Shown piece after piece: positions 8,329-16,171 of a DNA stretch of 32,000 nucleotides; position 1 is the stretch's first letter; each line of letters starts with the position of its first letter. The translations under genes and the position numbers were made by a program. Under the pieces are notes generated by a model. That model had not been told where the DNA came from. It made no database searches and was given only the letters and a program-made list of their open reading frames with translations. The stretch covers positions 750,001-782,000 of the forward strand of contig NZ_JAGIOS010000002.1 of assembly GCF_017876815.1 (NCBI RefSeq). Direction: 5' to 3'. The DNA is from Sinorhizobium meliloti. GTDB lineage: Bacteria; Pseudomonadota; Alphaproteobacteria; Rhizobiales; Rhizobiaceae.

Positions 8329-10251
8329 CTACTTGTCCGCCTGGACCCAGACGAGCATCTCGCCCGGCGCCCGGTTGTCCCAGAGATGATAGGGCACGAA
8401 GCGTGCTTTGTGCGGGCGGCGCTCAGGCCTCGTCTGGCGGTAAAGCGCCTTGCCCCAGTCTTCCGTTTCCTCGCGCTCGACGGAAATGTCGATGGCGACC
8501 GCACCGTTCAGATCGTCGAGCACGACGGTCTCGGCAGGCGGCAGTTCGCGGGGAAGCGCGATTGCGTTCAGGTCCTCGCCATTGTCCGTGGCCTCGACGC
8601 AGTAGACGAGCGGACCGCGCATCAGCGCCACGCGGCCGACGTCCTGCCGCACCTTCGGATTGGCATATTGCGGCCGAAGCGCCAGCGGCAGGTAAAGCGC
8701 CACGCGGTCGCCGTCCGACCATTCGCGTTCGATGCGGGCATAGCCGCCGGTCAGATGCGCCGAGAGATCGAGCATCGTACCGTTGACGCTGAGCGTCGCG
8801 CCCGCCGCCCATTCCGGTATGCGCAAGGACAGCGCGAATTTCGCCGGCCTGTCGAGCTTCGTCGTGAAGGCGATCGCCCCCTCCCAGGGATAGTTGGTCT
8901 CTTGCCTGAGCTCGACCTCGGCGCCGCTCGCGAGTTTCAGCCGCGCCGTGCTTTCGCCGTAGAGATGGACGGCGATCTCGTCCTCGGCGACCGCATACAT
9001 ATAGGAACCGATCGAGGTCACGAGCCGCGCGATATTGGGCGGGCAGCAGGGGCAATGATGCCACTTCCATCGGTGGTGCCTGCCGGTGCTTTCGAGCGGA
9101 TTGTCGTAGAAGAAAGTCCTGCCGTCGATGGAAAGGCCCGGCAAGGCGCCGTTATAGAGCGCCTGTTCCATGATGTCGGCATAGCGGCGGTCCGGGCCGC
9201 GGCCGAGCATGCGGCTCGCCCAGAAGACAAGGCCGACGGAAGCGCAGGTCTCGGCATAGGCCGTGTCGTTGGGCAGGTCGTAATAACTGGTGAAACCCTC
9301 GTTCGACGCAGCCGGGCCGATGCCGCCGGTGATGTACATCTGCTTCGTGGTGAGGTCGTCCCACAACGTTTCCAAGGCTGCCGTCAGGCTGTCGTCCCTG
9401 TATTCGGTCGCGATATCGGCCATGCCGGAATAGAGGTACATCGCGCGCACGGCGTGGCCGACGACCTTCGTCTGTTCGCGCACCGGCTGGTGCGCCTGGC
9501 CGTACTCATAGGTCCTCTGGATGAAGCTTTCCGGATCGCGGCCATCGCGTCTGGCTTCCTCGGTGAAGAAATGCGGCTCGGTGCCGCGCTCGTCGATGAA
9601 GAACTTCGAAAGGTCGAGATACTTCTTCTCGCCCGTCACGCGCGCAAGCTTGACGAGCGCGAGCTCGATCTCCTCATGGCCGCAATAACCAGGGATCTGC
9701 CCTTCGCCGCGCCCGAAGACCGTGATCATATAGTCCGTAAAGCGGCACATGATGTCGAGAAGCTTGCGCTTGCCGGTCGCCTGGTAATAGGCGACGGCAG
9801 CCTCGATCAGATGGCCGGCGCAATAGAGCTCGTGGTGGTCGCGCAGATTGGTCCAGCGCCTGTCGGGCTGGACGCGCTGGAACCAGGCATTGAGATATCC
9901 GTCCTGGTCCTGCAGCTTCTCGTACATGTCGATGATCCGGTCGGCGCGCGCCTCGAGTTCCGGATTGGGGCGGCGGTAGAGCGAATAGGCGATCGTCTCG
10001 ATCGACTTGCCGAGGTCTGAGTCCCAGAACATCTGCGTGGTACCGCCCCAGGGTTGGATGGGGATGACGATGCCGGGGCTCGGCTGACTGGCGTCGATCG
10101 CCTTGATCATGCCCGCCTCGACGCAGCGGTCGAGCAGGGTTTCGGCGGTGGATCGGCAGACGGCATCCTGCCATTTGCCCCAGAATCCGCCGAGTTCGAC
10201 ATCGGGAACGGCAACGGGGCGAAACTGGCGGTCTTTCACGGTCTTTGTCAT
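8329..10251 (-). CDS. Glycoside hydrolase family 127 (DUF1680, HypBA1-like beta-L-arabinofuranosidase type)
   Basis: 640-aa ORF. It has the N-terminal (alpha/alpha)6-type region LYCAGHLIEAAVAYYQATGKRKLL and GYCGHEEIELALVKL. It has the Cys-rich HHCPCCPPN motif that I associate with the Zn/Cys catalytic centre of GH127. Confidence 0.8.
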   Translation of the reverse strand: MTKTVKDRQFRPVAVPDVELGGFWGKWQDAVCRSTAETLLDRCVEAGMIKAIDASQPSPGIVIPIQPWGGTTQMFWDSDLGKSIETIAYSLYRRPNPELEARADRIIDMYEKLQDQDGYLNAWFQRVQPDRRWTNLRDHHELYCAGHLIEAAVAYYQATGKRKLLDIMCRFTDYMITVFGRGEGQIPGYCGHEEIELALVKLARVTGEKKYLDLSKFFIDERGTEPHFFTEEARRDGRDPESFIQRTYEYGQAHQPVREQTKVVGHAVRAMYLYSGMADIATEYRDDSLTAALETLWDDLTTKQMYITGGIGPAASNEGFTSYYDLPNDTAYAETCASVGLVFWASRMLGRGPDRRYADIMEQALYNGALPGLSIDGRTFFYDNPLESTGRHHRWKWHHCPCCPPNIARLVTSIGSYMYAVAEDEIAVHLYGESTARLKLASGAEVELRQETNYPWEGAIAFTTKLDRPAKFALSLRIPEWAAGATLSVNGTMLDLSAHLTGGYARIEREWSDGDRVALYLPLALRPQYANPKVRQDVGRVALMRGPLVYCVEATDNGEDLNAIALPRELPPAETVVLDDLNGAVAIDISVEREETEDWGKALYRQTRPERRPHKARFVPYHLWDNRAPGEMLVWVQADK

Positions 10252-10270
10252 GAGGTCACTTTCTCTCGGA

Positions 10271-11134
10271 TCATTTCACCGCGCCGGCCATCAGCCCGCG
10301 CATGTAATAGCGTTGCAGAAGAAGGAACACGAAGAGGCAGGGAACGACCATCACCGCGACGCCGGCCTGCACCGCGCCCCAGTTGATCGCGCCGAGACGG
10401 CCGGCGCGCACGGCGGTCATCAGAACGGGAAGCGTGTAATTGTCGTTGCTGGCCAGGAGGACGAGCGCGGCGAAGAATTCGTTCCAGGCATTGAGGAAGG
10501 CGAAGATCGACACGGTCGCAATCCCGGGCATGACCAGCGGCAACAGCACCCGGACGAGAAGTTTCAGGTCGCGGGCGCCGTCGATGCGCGCCGCTTCCTC
10601 GATCTCCTTCGGCACGGCATCGAAGGCGTTGCGCATCATGAAGACGGAAAAGGGAAGCTGCAGCGTCACATAGACGAGCATCAGCCCGACGAGCGAATTG
10701 TTGAGCCCGAGCCGCGCCAGAATGATGAAGAGCGGCGTCAGGATCGATTGGAACGGGACCATCAGCGTCGCGATGATCAGTACGAAGAGCGCGTTCTTGA
10801 ACGGGAAGCGGTAGCGGGAGAAGCCGTAGCCGGCGAGCACGCTGACCGCGACGGTCAGGACGACCGTTCCGATCGACACGAGGAGCGAATTGAACATGTG
10901 CTGCCAGATGCCGGCACCGAAGCTGTCGAGCGCCCGGTAGGCGTCGAAACTCAGCCCCGAGATCGGCCATGGCGGCAGCGGCGGCCTGCCGGATTCGCTG
11001 TTCGGCCGGAAGGAGGCAAGAAAGGAAACGGCAAAGGGCGCCAGGAAGAAGAAGGCCGTGCCGATGCCGATGCCGTGATAGACGATCCTGTCCCGGAGCG
11101 CCTTGCGGGCGCGGATTTCGCGGCGCGTCCTCAT
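10271..11134 (-). CDS. CUT1 ABC transporter permease (MalG/UgpE-like)
   Basis: 287-aa multi-TM ORF with the EAA loop IEEAARIDGARDLKLLVRVLLPLV. It overlaps the upstream permease gene by 4 nt. Confidence 0.9.
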   Translation of the reverse strand: MRTRREIRARKALRDRIVYHGIGIGTAFFFLAPFAVSFLASFRPNSESGRPPLPPWPISGLSFDAYRALDSFGAGIWQHMFNSLLVSIGTVVLTVAVSVLAGYGFSRYRFPFKNALFVLIIATLMVPFQSILTPLFIILARLGLNNSLVGLMLVYVTLQLPFSVFMMRNAFDAVPKEIEEAARIDGARDLKLLVRVLLPLVMPGIATVSIFAFLNAWNEFFAALVLLASNDNYTLPVLMTAVRAGRLGAINWGAVQAGVAVMVVPCLFVFLLLQRYYMRGLMAGAVK

Positions 11135-12048
11135 GGGCGTTCATCCCCCACCTTGAGCAGCCAGAGCTGGACGACGCTGAGCGTCACCAGGATCAGGAGG
11201 AGCGCGATCGACAGTGCCGCGCCGTAGCCGAGATTGAAGGACACGAAGGACTGGTTGAAGATATAGTAGACGACGGAGATCATCTTGTTCTGCGGACCGC
11301 CGCTGGTCATGATGTAGAACTGGTCGAAGGCGAGGATCGAGCCGGTGACCGAAAGGATGAGCGCCAGCGCCATGGTCCGGCGCATCAGGGGCAGCGTCAG
11401 GTGGCGGAAGCGTTGCCAGCGGCCGGCACCGTCGATGCGCGCGGCCTCTGTCAGTTCGGCCGGGATGGCCTGCAGCCCGGTCAGCAGGATAATCATGGTG
11501 AAGCCGGCGATCTTCCAGACGACCATGACGATGATCGTCAGAAACGCGGTATCGAACTTGGCGAGCAGGTTGATCCGTCCGGAGGTCAGGCCCAGTATAT
11601 CGAAGAGCGGCGCGAAGAGCCCGCTGTCGACATTGGCGAGCCACACCCAGAGCAGCGAGGCGGACGCGAGCCCCACCACGACAGGCAGAAAGACGATGGT
11701 CCGGTAGAGCGAGACCAACGGCCTCTGTTTCTCCACGAAAATCGCCAGCGGGAAGGCGACCGCGAAAATCGCTATCGTGACGATCAGGGTATAGTGGGCG
11801 GTGAAACCGAGCGCGTTGAAGAACCGCGCATCGGTGAACATCCGCGTATAGTTGCGCAGGCCGATCCAGGCCGGCTCGCCGAGCAGCGGCCATTTGTGCA
11901 GGCTCATCCACAGCGTGAACAGCACCGGCAGCACGAAGAAGAGCGTGACGAGCGCCATGGCGGGCGCGATATAGATGAGGCCGCGCCATCCGGCTTGCCG
12001 CTTCGGGCGTCGCCGGCGGGTGGCGGATGTGAGTGCTGACGTCGTCAT
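11131..12048 (-). CDS. CUT1 ABC transporter permease (MalF/UgpA-like)
   Basis: EAA loop LTEAARIDGAGRWQRFRHLTLPLM. I start it at ATG 12048 (MTTSALTSATRRRRPKRQAGWRGLIYIAP). The track's extra 98 N-terminal codons run through the intergenic repeat and look non-coding. Confidence 0.88.
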   Translation of the reverse strand: MTTSALTSATRRRRPKRQAGWRGLIYIAPAMALVTLFFVLPVLFTLWMSLHKWPLLGEPAWIGLRNYTRMFTDARFFNALGFTAHYTLIVTIAIFAVAFPLAIFVEKQRPLVSLYRTIVFLPVVVGLASASLLWVWLANVDSGLFAPLFDILGLTSGRINLLAKFDTAFLTIIVMVVWKIAGFTMIILLTGLQAIPAELTEAARIDGAGRWQRFRHLTLPLMRRTMALALILSVTGSILAFDQFYIMTSGGPQNKMISVVYYIFNQSFVSFNLGYGAALSIALLLILVTLSVVQLWLLKVGDERP

Positions 12049-12129
12049 GGATGCGCTTTCAAGGGTTTCGAGGCATCGGCGGCAGGGGGGAAACACCCTC
12101 TCGGCATATTCATGTTCGCGGGTTGGCGC

Positions 12130-12205
12130 AGGCCCTGCTTCTTGCCGATCTCCCCCTTTGTGGGGGAGATGCCCGGCAGGGCAGAGGGGGGATGTCCCCC
12201 ATCCG
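12130..12205. repeat. GC-rich palindromic intergenic repeat (Rhizobiaceae RIME/REP-like) between the binding-protein and permease genes
   Basis: There is a 9-bp stem ATCTCCCCC-tttgt-GGGGGAGAT (12148-12170) followed by GCCCGGCAGGGCAGAGGGGGG. It has the same layout as the element at 14745-14798. It gives the repeat-derived pseudo-peptide ISPFVGEMPGRAEGG that I recall as very common in Rhizobiaceae. Confidence 0.6.
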
Positions 12206-12239
12206 CCATTCACGAAGCAGCACACCTTTCGTGCCAGCC

Positions 12240-13475
12240 TCACTGCCCCGCGTCGATGATCGACTGCATCTCGTCTTGTGCGTTCGAGAACGCACCGTCG
12301 ACGTCGTCGCCATAGATCGCGGCATTGGTAAAGGTCGCCCACGGCCCGTTGGCGCTGTTGATCAGGTCGTTGAACTGCAGCGTATAAGGCGTCTGGGCGA
12401 CGGCGATCGCCTCCATGCCGACCTTCAGGCGCGGGTCGAGGCCTTCGAGCACCTCATTGGCGATGTCGCCGCGGGTGGGCAGGCTGCCGAATTTCGCCAT
12501 GATCTTCTGGCCTTCCGGCGAATAGGTATATTCGAGGAATTCCTTGACCTCTTCGAGCTTCGGCGTTCCCTTGGTGACGACGAAGTTGTCGCCGCCGGCA
12601 AAGGAGGACGGCTTGCCGTCGACGCCGGGGATCAGCGTCACACCGAAATCGATCTCGGGATGCTGCGTCACCAGCGTGCCTATGGCGAAGGCGCCGAGGC
12701 TCTGCTGGCCGATCTTGCCATTGGTGAAGCTGAGGAAATTCACGCCGTTGTCGCTCGCGGCACCCGCAGGAACGAGGTCCTTCTCGACCATGTTGCGGTA
12801 AATGTCGACGGCCTTGCGCATCTGCGGCGTATCGAGCGTCGCGGTCTTGCCGTCGGCCGAAAGGATGTCGGCGCCCGCGCCCCAGGTCAGCGGCGTGAAG
12901 GTGAAGATCATGCAGCCGCCGCAGCCGCCGCCGGAGAAGTAGAAGCCGTAGGTGTCGCCGCCGAGCGCGCGGATTTTTTCGGCATTGGCGGTGATCTCCT
13001 CCCAGGTCTTCGGCGCCTTTTCGGGGTCGAGGCCGGCCTTTTTGTAGAGGTCCTTGTTCCAGGCGAAGATCGAGGTCTCGACCGTGAGCGGCAGGCCGTA
13101 GATCTTGTCCTCATAGGTGCCGAGCTTCACATGCGAGGGCGAGAGCGAATTGAAGTAGGGCAGCGCCTTCGACCAGTCGGTGAGGTCTTCCAACTGACCG
13201 GCGGCGGCGAAGGCCGGCGTGTAGATCAGGTCGAGCGAAAGCGCGTCTGGCGCCTGCCCGCCGGCGATCGCAGTGGCATATTTCTGCACGAGCTCGGCAA
13301 AAGGCACTTCGGTGAGCTCCACCTTGTTCTCGTGACCTGCATTGTAGGCCTTGACGACTTCCTTGAACGAGTCGCCGATACCCGAGCGGACCCACATGCT
13401 GATCGTCTCGGCCGAAGCGGCCGAAATCATGCTGGCCGATATGAGGGCCGTCGCTGCCATCAGTTTCTTGAACAT
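12240..13475 (-). CDS. CUT1 ABC transporter periplasmic sugar-binding protein (family 1 SBP)
   Basis: 411-aa ORF with signal peptide MFKKLMAATALISASMISAASA followed by ETISMWV. The ATG is preceded by GGGAGGAA. Confidence 0.9.
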   Translation of the reverse strand: MFKKLMAATALISASMISAASAETISMWVRSGIGDSFKEVVKAYNAGHENKVELTEVPFAELVQKYATAIAGGQAPDALSLDLIYTPAFAAAGQLEDLTDWSKALPYFNSLSPSHVKLGTYEDKIYGLPLTVETSIFAWNKDLYKKAGLDPEKAPKTWEEITANAEKIRALGGDTYGFYFSGGGCGGCMIFTFTPLTWGAGADILSADGKTATLDTPQMRKAVDIYRNMVEKDLVPAGAASDNGVNFLSFTNGKIGQQSLGAFAIGTLVTQHPEIDFGVTLIPGVDGKPSSFAGGDNFVVTKGTPKLEEVKEFLEYTYSPEGQKIMAKFGSLPTRGDIANEVLEGLDPRLKVGMEAIAVAQTPYTLQFNDLINSANGPWATFTNAAIYGDDVDGAFSNAQDEMQSIIDAGQ

Positions 13476-13527
13476 TTCGCATTCCTCCCAAATGCGGGGC
13501 CACCTCGGGTGAACCCCATCTCCTCAA

Positions 13528-14550
13528 TCAGTTCTGTCGTCCCACGCCTCCGCAGGAGTCCCGTACGACAAGCCTGCAGGGCAGCTTGCGCAGGCCGGGC
13601 TCGATCGTCCGGCCCTCCGCAAGCGCGAGCACCATCAGCCCGGCCTCCCGCCCAAGCTCCTTCAGGTTCATGTCGACGGTCGTCAGCGGCGGCCGCGTCT
13701 GCGCCGCCATGATCTCCCAATTGTCGAAACCGATGACGGAGACATCCTCCGGCACCCTCACGCCGCGTTCGCGCAGCGCATCGACCACGCCCCGGGCGAT
13801 CTGGTCGTTGCCGCAGAAGATGCCGTCGGGCCTTTCGCCGCCCGTATTCCAGATGCGGTCGATCGCCTCGTGACCCCAGGCCTCCGACCAGACTCCATGC
13901 AGGACCGGCGCCCCACCGCCCGCAACGGCCCGAAATGCCTCGGCGCGCTCGACCGCGGAGGTGAATTCCAGCGGGCCCGTGATGTGCAACAACCGCTTGC
14001 GGCCCATCTTCTTCAGCCGTTCCGCCGCCAGCCTCGCACCGTGACCGTCGTCGGAAGTCAGCGTCACGCTGCCGGGCTCGCCCTTGGTGAAAGCATAGAC
14101 GACCGGCACCGGCAGGCCGGCGAGATCGACCGGGAGAGACCTGTCGACCCGCTTGCCTGTCGCGATGATGCCGTCCACCTGCTTGTCCAGCATGGCGTCG
14201 ACATGAATTTTCCCAAGCGCCGGGTCGTCCTCTATGGCGCACAGGAAGACCGATACTCCATGATCCACCAGTGCTTCCGAAACCCCGGCCATGACCGGCA
14301 GCGTGAAGCGCCCATAGGTGTCGTTCGTCAGAAGGCCTACGGTGAAACTGCGGTTGCTCAAGAGCCCCCGCGCTAGCGCGTTCGGCCGGAAGCCGATCTC
14401 CGCCGCGAGATTCTTGATCCGCTCGCGCGTGTCGGCAGCCATGCGACCATTGTCGTTGAGAGCCTTCGAAACGGTCGAAACGCTCACGCCGGCGACCCTC
14501 GCCAGATCGTGAATGGTGACCCGATGCCCCTTGCTGCGCTGTGAATTCAG
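13528..14550 (-). CDS. LacI-family transcriptional regulator, probably with a non-canonical CTG start
   Basis: The body matches LacI/PurR periplasmic-binding-fold regulators. The track's GTG start (14487) begins inside the HTH (MSVSTVSKALN). The frame stays open upstream and encodes VTIHDLARVAG, the first HTH helix. The only start-like codon there is CTG at 14550-14548, 5 nt after GGGAGGAGG. Confidence 0.8.
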   Translation of the reverse strand: MNSQRSKGHRVTIHDLARVAGVSVSTVSKALNDNGRMAADTRERIKNLAAEIGFRPNALARGLLSNRSFTVGLLTNDTYGRFTLPVMAGVSEALVDHGVSVFLCAIEDDPALGKIHVDAMLDKQVDGIIATGKRVDRSLPVDLAGLPVPVVYAFTKGEPGSVTLTSDDGHGARLAAERLKKMGRKRLLHITGPLEFTSAVERAEAFRAVAGGGAPVLHGVWSEAWGHEAIDRIWNTGGERPDGIFCGNDQIARGVVDALRERGVRVPEDVSVIGFDNWEIMAAQTRPPLTTVDMNLKELGREAGLMVLALAEGRTIEPGLRKLPCRLVVRDSCGGVGRQN

Positions 14551-14575
14551 TTTCGCCTCCTCCCGAGAGTCACAA

Positions 14576-14593
14576 TGAGAAAACCTTTTCTCA
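14576..14593. promoter_or_regulatory. 18-bp LacI-type operator candidate TGAGAAAA-CC-TTTTCTCA (site 1)
   Basis: 8-bp perfect inverted arms around a 2-bp centre. It lies 26 bp upstream of the proposed CTG start of the LacI gene. Confidence 0.6.
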
Positions 14594-14608
14594 ATGCGAG
14601 AGTCAAGC

Positions 14609-14626
14609 TGAGAAAAGGTTTTCTCA
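14609..14626. promoter_or_regulatory. 18-bp LacI-type operator candidate TGAGAAAA-GG-TTTTCTCA (site 2)
   Basis: This is the exact reverse complement of site 1. The centres are 33 bp apart. A TTGACT -35-like hexamer (complement of 14601-14606) sits between the two sites. Confidence 0.6.
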
Positions 14627-14680
14627 CCAAATAAGTATGATTTTCGCGAGTGGTGTGGGCGACGAAGGTGGCAGCAGCTT

Positions 14681-14722
14681 GCCCCTCACCCTAACGCTCT
14701 CCCCGCGCGCGGGGAGAGGGGA
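14681..14722. repeat. GC-rich palindromic intergenic repeat (RIME/REP-like)
   Basis: Perfect 22-nt palindrome CTCTCCCCGCG/CGCGGGGAGAG at 14697-14718. It is flanked by GCCCCTC and GAGGGGAC. It gives the repeat-derived pseudo-peptide LTLTLSPRAGRGD. Confidence 0.6.
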
Positions 14723-14744
14723 CGAGTACGACGCTGCCGCGAGT

Positions 14745-14798
14745 CCCCTTCGCCCCGCCTGCGGGGAGAAGGTGGCCGGCAGGCCGGATGAGGGGGGG
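14745..14798. repeat. GC-rich palindromic intergenic repeat of the same family as 12130-12205
   Basis: Imperfect hairpin CCTTCGCCCCGC-ctgc-GGGGAGAAGG followed by GCCGGCAGGCCGGATGAGGGGGGG. Compare the hairpin plus GCCCGGCAGGGCAGAGGGGGG at 12148-12191. Confidence 0.6.
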
Positions 14799-14837
14799 TG
14801 CTGGCGTTTAAGCTTCAGATCACAATGATTTTAGTTA

Positions 14838-14885
14838 GAGCGGGATGCGGGCGGAAAACCACACATACTTTTCCTCGTCCCGCTC
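14838..14885 (-). terminator. Compound hairpin immediately after the dehydrogenase stop. Possible terminator or mRNA-stabilising element.
   Basis: The outer stem GAGCGGGA/TCCCGCTC (14838-45 with 14878-85) encloses the inner stem GGAAAA/TTTTCC (14853-58 with 14869-74). It starts 2 nt after the stop at 14887. It is not followed by a clean U-run, so Rho-independent function is uncertain. Confidence 0.3.
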
Positions 14886-14886
14886 G

Positions 14887-16128
14887 TCAGGAGAAACTGA
14901 GCGGCCGATCGCCCTGTTCATCCTTGATGCGGGTCGGCAGGCCGATCCGGTTGAGGATATCGAGGAACGGCCGCGGGGGCAGTTCTTCCACATTCGCCAT
15001 CTGCCTGGCGTCCCACTCGCCGCTGGCGATCAGCATGGCGGCCGCCACCGGCGGAACGCCGGCCGTGTAGGAGATGCCCTGCGAGCCCACTTCTTCATAG
15101 GCTTGCCTGTGGTCGGCGACGTTGTAGATGAACACCTCGCGTTCCCTGCCGTCCTTCAGGCCCTTGACGAAATCGCCGATGCAGGTCTTGCCCTCGTAGC
15201 CAGGCGCGAGCGACGCCGGGTCGGGCAGGACCGCCTTTACCACCTTCAGCGGCACGACTTCGAGGCCCTCGGCGGTCTTGACCGGCTGCTCGGACAGGAG
15301 GCCCAGGTTCTTCAGAACCGTGAAGACGTTGATGTAATGGTCGCCAAAGCCCATCCAGAAGCGCACATCGGCCCCGTCCATGTTCTTCGACAGCGAGTGA
15401 ACCTCGTCATGGCCGGTCATATAGGCCTGGCGCTTGCCCACGACGGGCAGGTCGAACTCCTTGCCGACCTCGAACATCCGGTTCGTCTGCCAGGCACCCT
15501 TCTGCCAAGAATAGACGACGCCGGTAAATTCGCGAAAGTTGATCTCCGGATCGAAGTTGGTGGCGAAATACTTGCCGTGGTTGCCGGCATTGATATCGAC
15601 GATGTCGACATCCGTGATCTTGTCGAAATATTCGTCCTTGGCGAGACGGGCATAGGCATTGACCACGCCCGGGTCGAAGCCGACGCCGAGAATGGCGGTG
15701 ATGCCCTTCTCCTTGCACTCGGCGGCGCGCTTCCATTCATAGTTCCCGTACCACGGCGGCGTTTCGCAGATCTTGTTCGGCTCCTCATGGATCGCCGTGT
15801 CCATATAGGCCACACCCGTGTCCATGCAGGCGCGTAGCACCGACATGTTGACGAAGGCGGAGCCGACATTGATCACGATCTGAGAGCCGGTGCTGACGAT
15901 GAGCGCCTTCGTCGCCTCGACGTCGAGCGCATCGAGCGCATGCGCCTCCAGCTTCACCTCGGTCTTCAGGCTCTTCTTTTCGCGTACGGACTCGACGATC
16001 TTGCGGCACTTGTCGACCGTGCGTGAGGCAATATGAATATCTCCCAATACATCGCTGTTCTGGGCGCATTTGTGCGCCACGACCTGTGCCACGCCACCGG
16101 CGCCGATGATGAGAACGTTCTTTTTCAT
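14887..16128 (-). CDS. Carboxy(nor)spermidine dehydrogenase/synthase (saccharopine-dehydrogenase family)
   Basis: 413-aa ORF with the N-terminal Rossmann motif KKNVLIIGAGGVAQVVAHK. It then has GVAYMDTAIHE, GFDPGVVNAY, INFREF and GISYTAGVPPVAAA, as in CASDH/CANSDH. The ATG is preceded by GAAGGAGA. Confidence 0.85.
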   Translation of the reverse strand: MKKNVLIIGAGGVAQVVAHKCAQNSDVLGDIHIASRTVDKCRKIVESVREKKSLKTEVKLEAHALDALDVEATKALIVSTGSQIVINVGSAFVNMSVLRACMDTGVAYMDTAIHEEPNKICETPPWYGNYEWKRAAECKEKGITAILGVGFDPGVVNAYARLAKDEYFDKITDVDIVDINAGNHGKYFATNFDPEINFREFTGVVYSWQKGAWQTNRMFEVGKEFDLPVVGKRQAYMTGHDEVHSLSKNMDGADVRFWMGFGDHYINVFTVLKNLGLLSEQPVKTAEGLEVVPLKVVKAVLPDPASLAPGYEGKTCIGDFVKGLKDGREREVFIYNVADHRQAYEEVGSQGISYTAGVPPVAAAMLIASGEWDARQMANVEELPPRPFLDILNRIGLPTRIKDEQGDRPLSFS

Positions 16129-16171
16129 TTCGGGGGATATCTCCTTCTACCCGTCTTGCTTGCGTGAAGCC

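Noticed and set aside
8239-10020. 593-aa plus-strand ORF antisense to the GH127 gene. There are similar long antisense or shadow ORFs elsewhere: 20170-22245 (691 aa) opposite paaZ, 29071-30765 (564 aa) opposite the fused ATPase, 17358-18731 (457 aa), 1565-2743 (392 aa), 14845-15837, 16070-17311, 21945-23357, 24841-26001 and 26138-27181.
   Set aside because: All are mirror images of genes with clear family motifs on the other strand. Their products are Arg/Ala/Gly/Pro/Asp/His-rich low-complexity strings with no recognisable motifs. Long stop-free antisense frames are expected in high-GC DNA.
12112-12315. 67-aa ORF (MFAGWRRPCFLPISPFVGEMPGRAEGG...) and the 95-aa ORF at 14541-14828 (..LTLTLSPRAGRGD..CGEKVAGRPDEG..).
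   Set aside because: Both are translations of GC-rich palindromic intergenic repeats. Their conservation is at the DNA-repeat level, and they have no SD or plausible fold.
11131-12342. N-terminal extensions suggested by the ORF track. They affect the permease (to 12342), paaE (to 23453), paaB (to 25013), the MFS gene (to 5208), paaG (from 18719), vapB (to 7156) and the dehydrogenase (to 18752).
   Set aside because: The extensions overlap neighbouring genes or run through intergenic repeats, lack Shine-Dalgarno sequences, and add residues absent from the remembered homologues. Internal ATG or GTG codons with good SD give canonical N-termini.
14601-14606. A complete sigma-70 promoter call for the LacI operon.
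   Set aside because: A TTGACT -35-like box is present between the operators. The best -10 candidate at 17-nt spacing (TTTTCT) is poor, so I report the operators but not a promoter.
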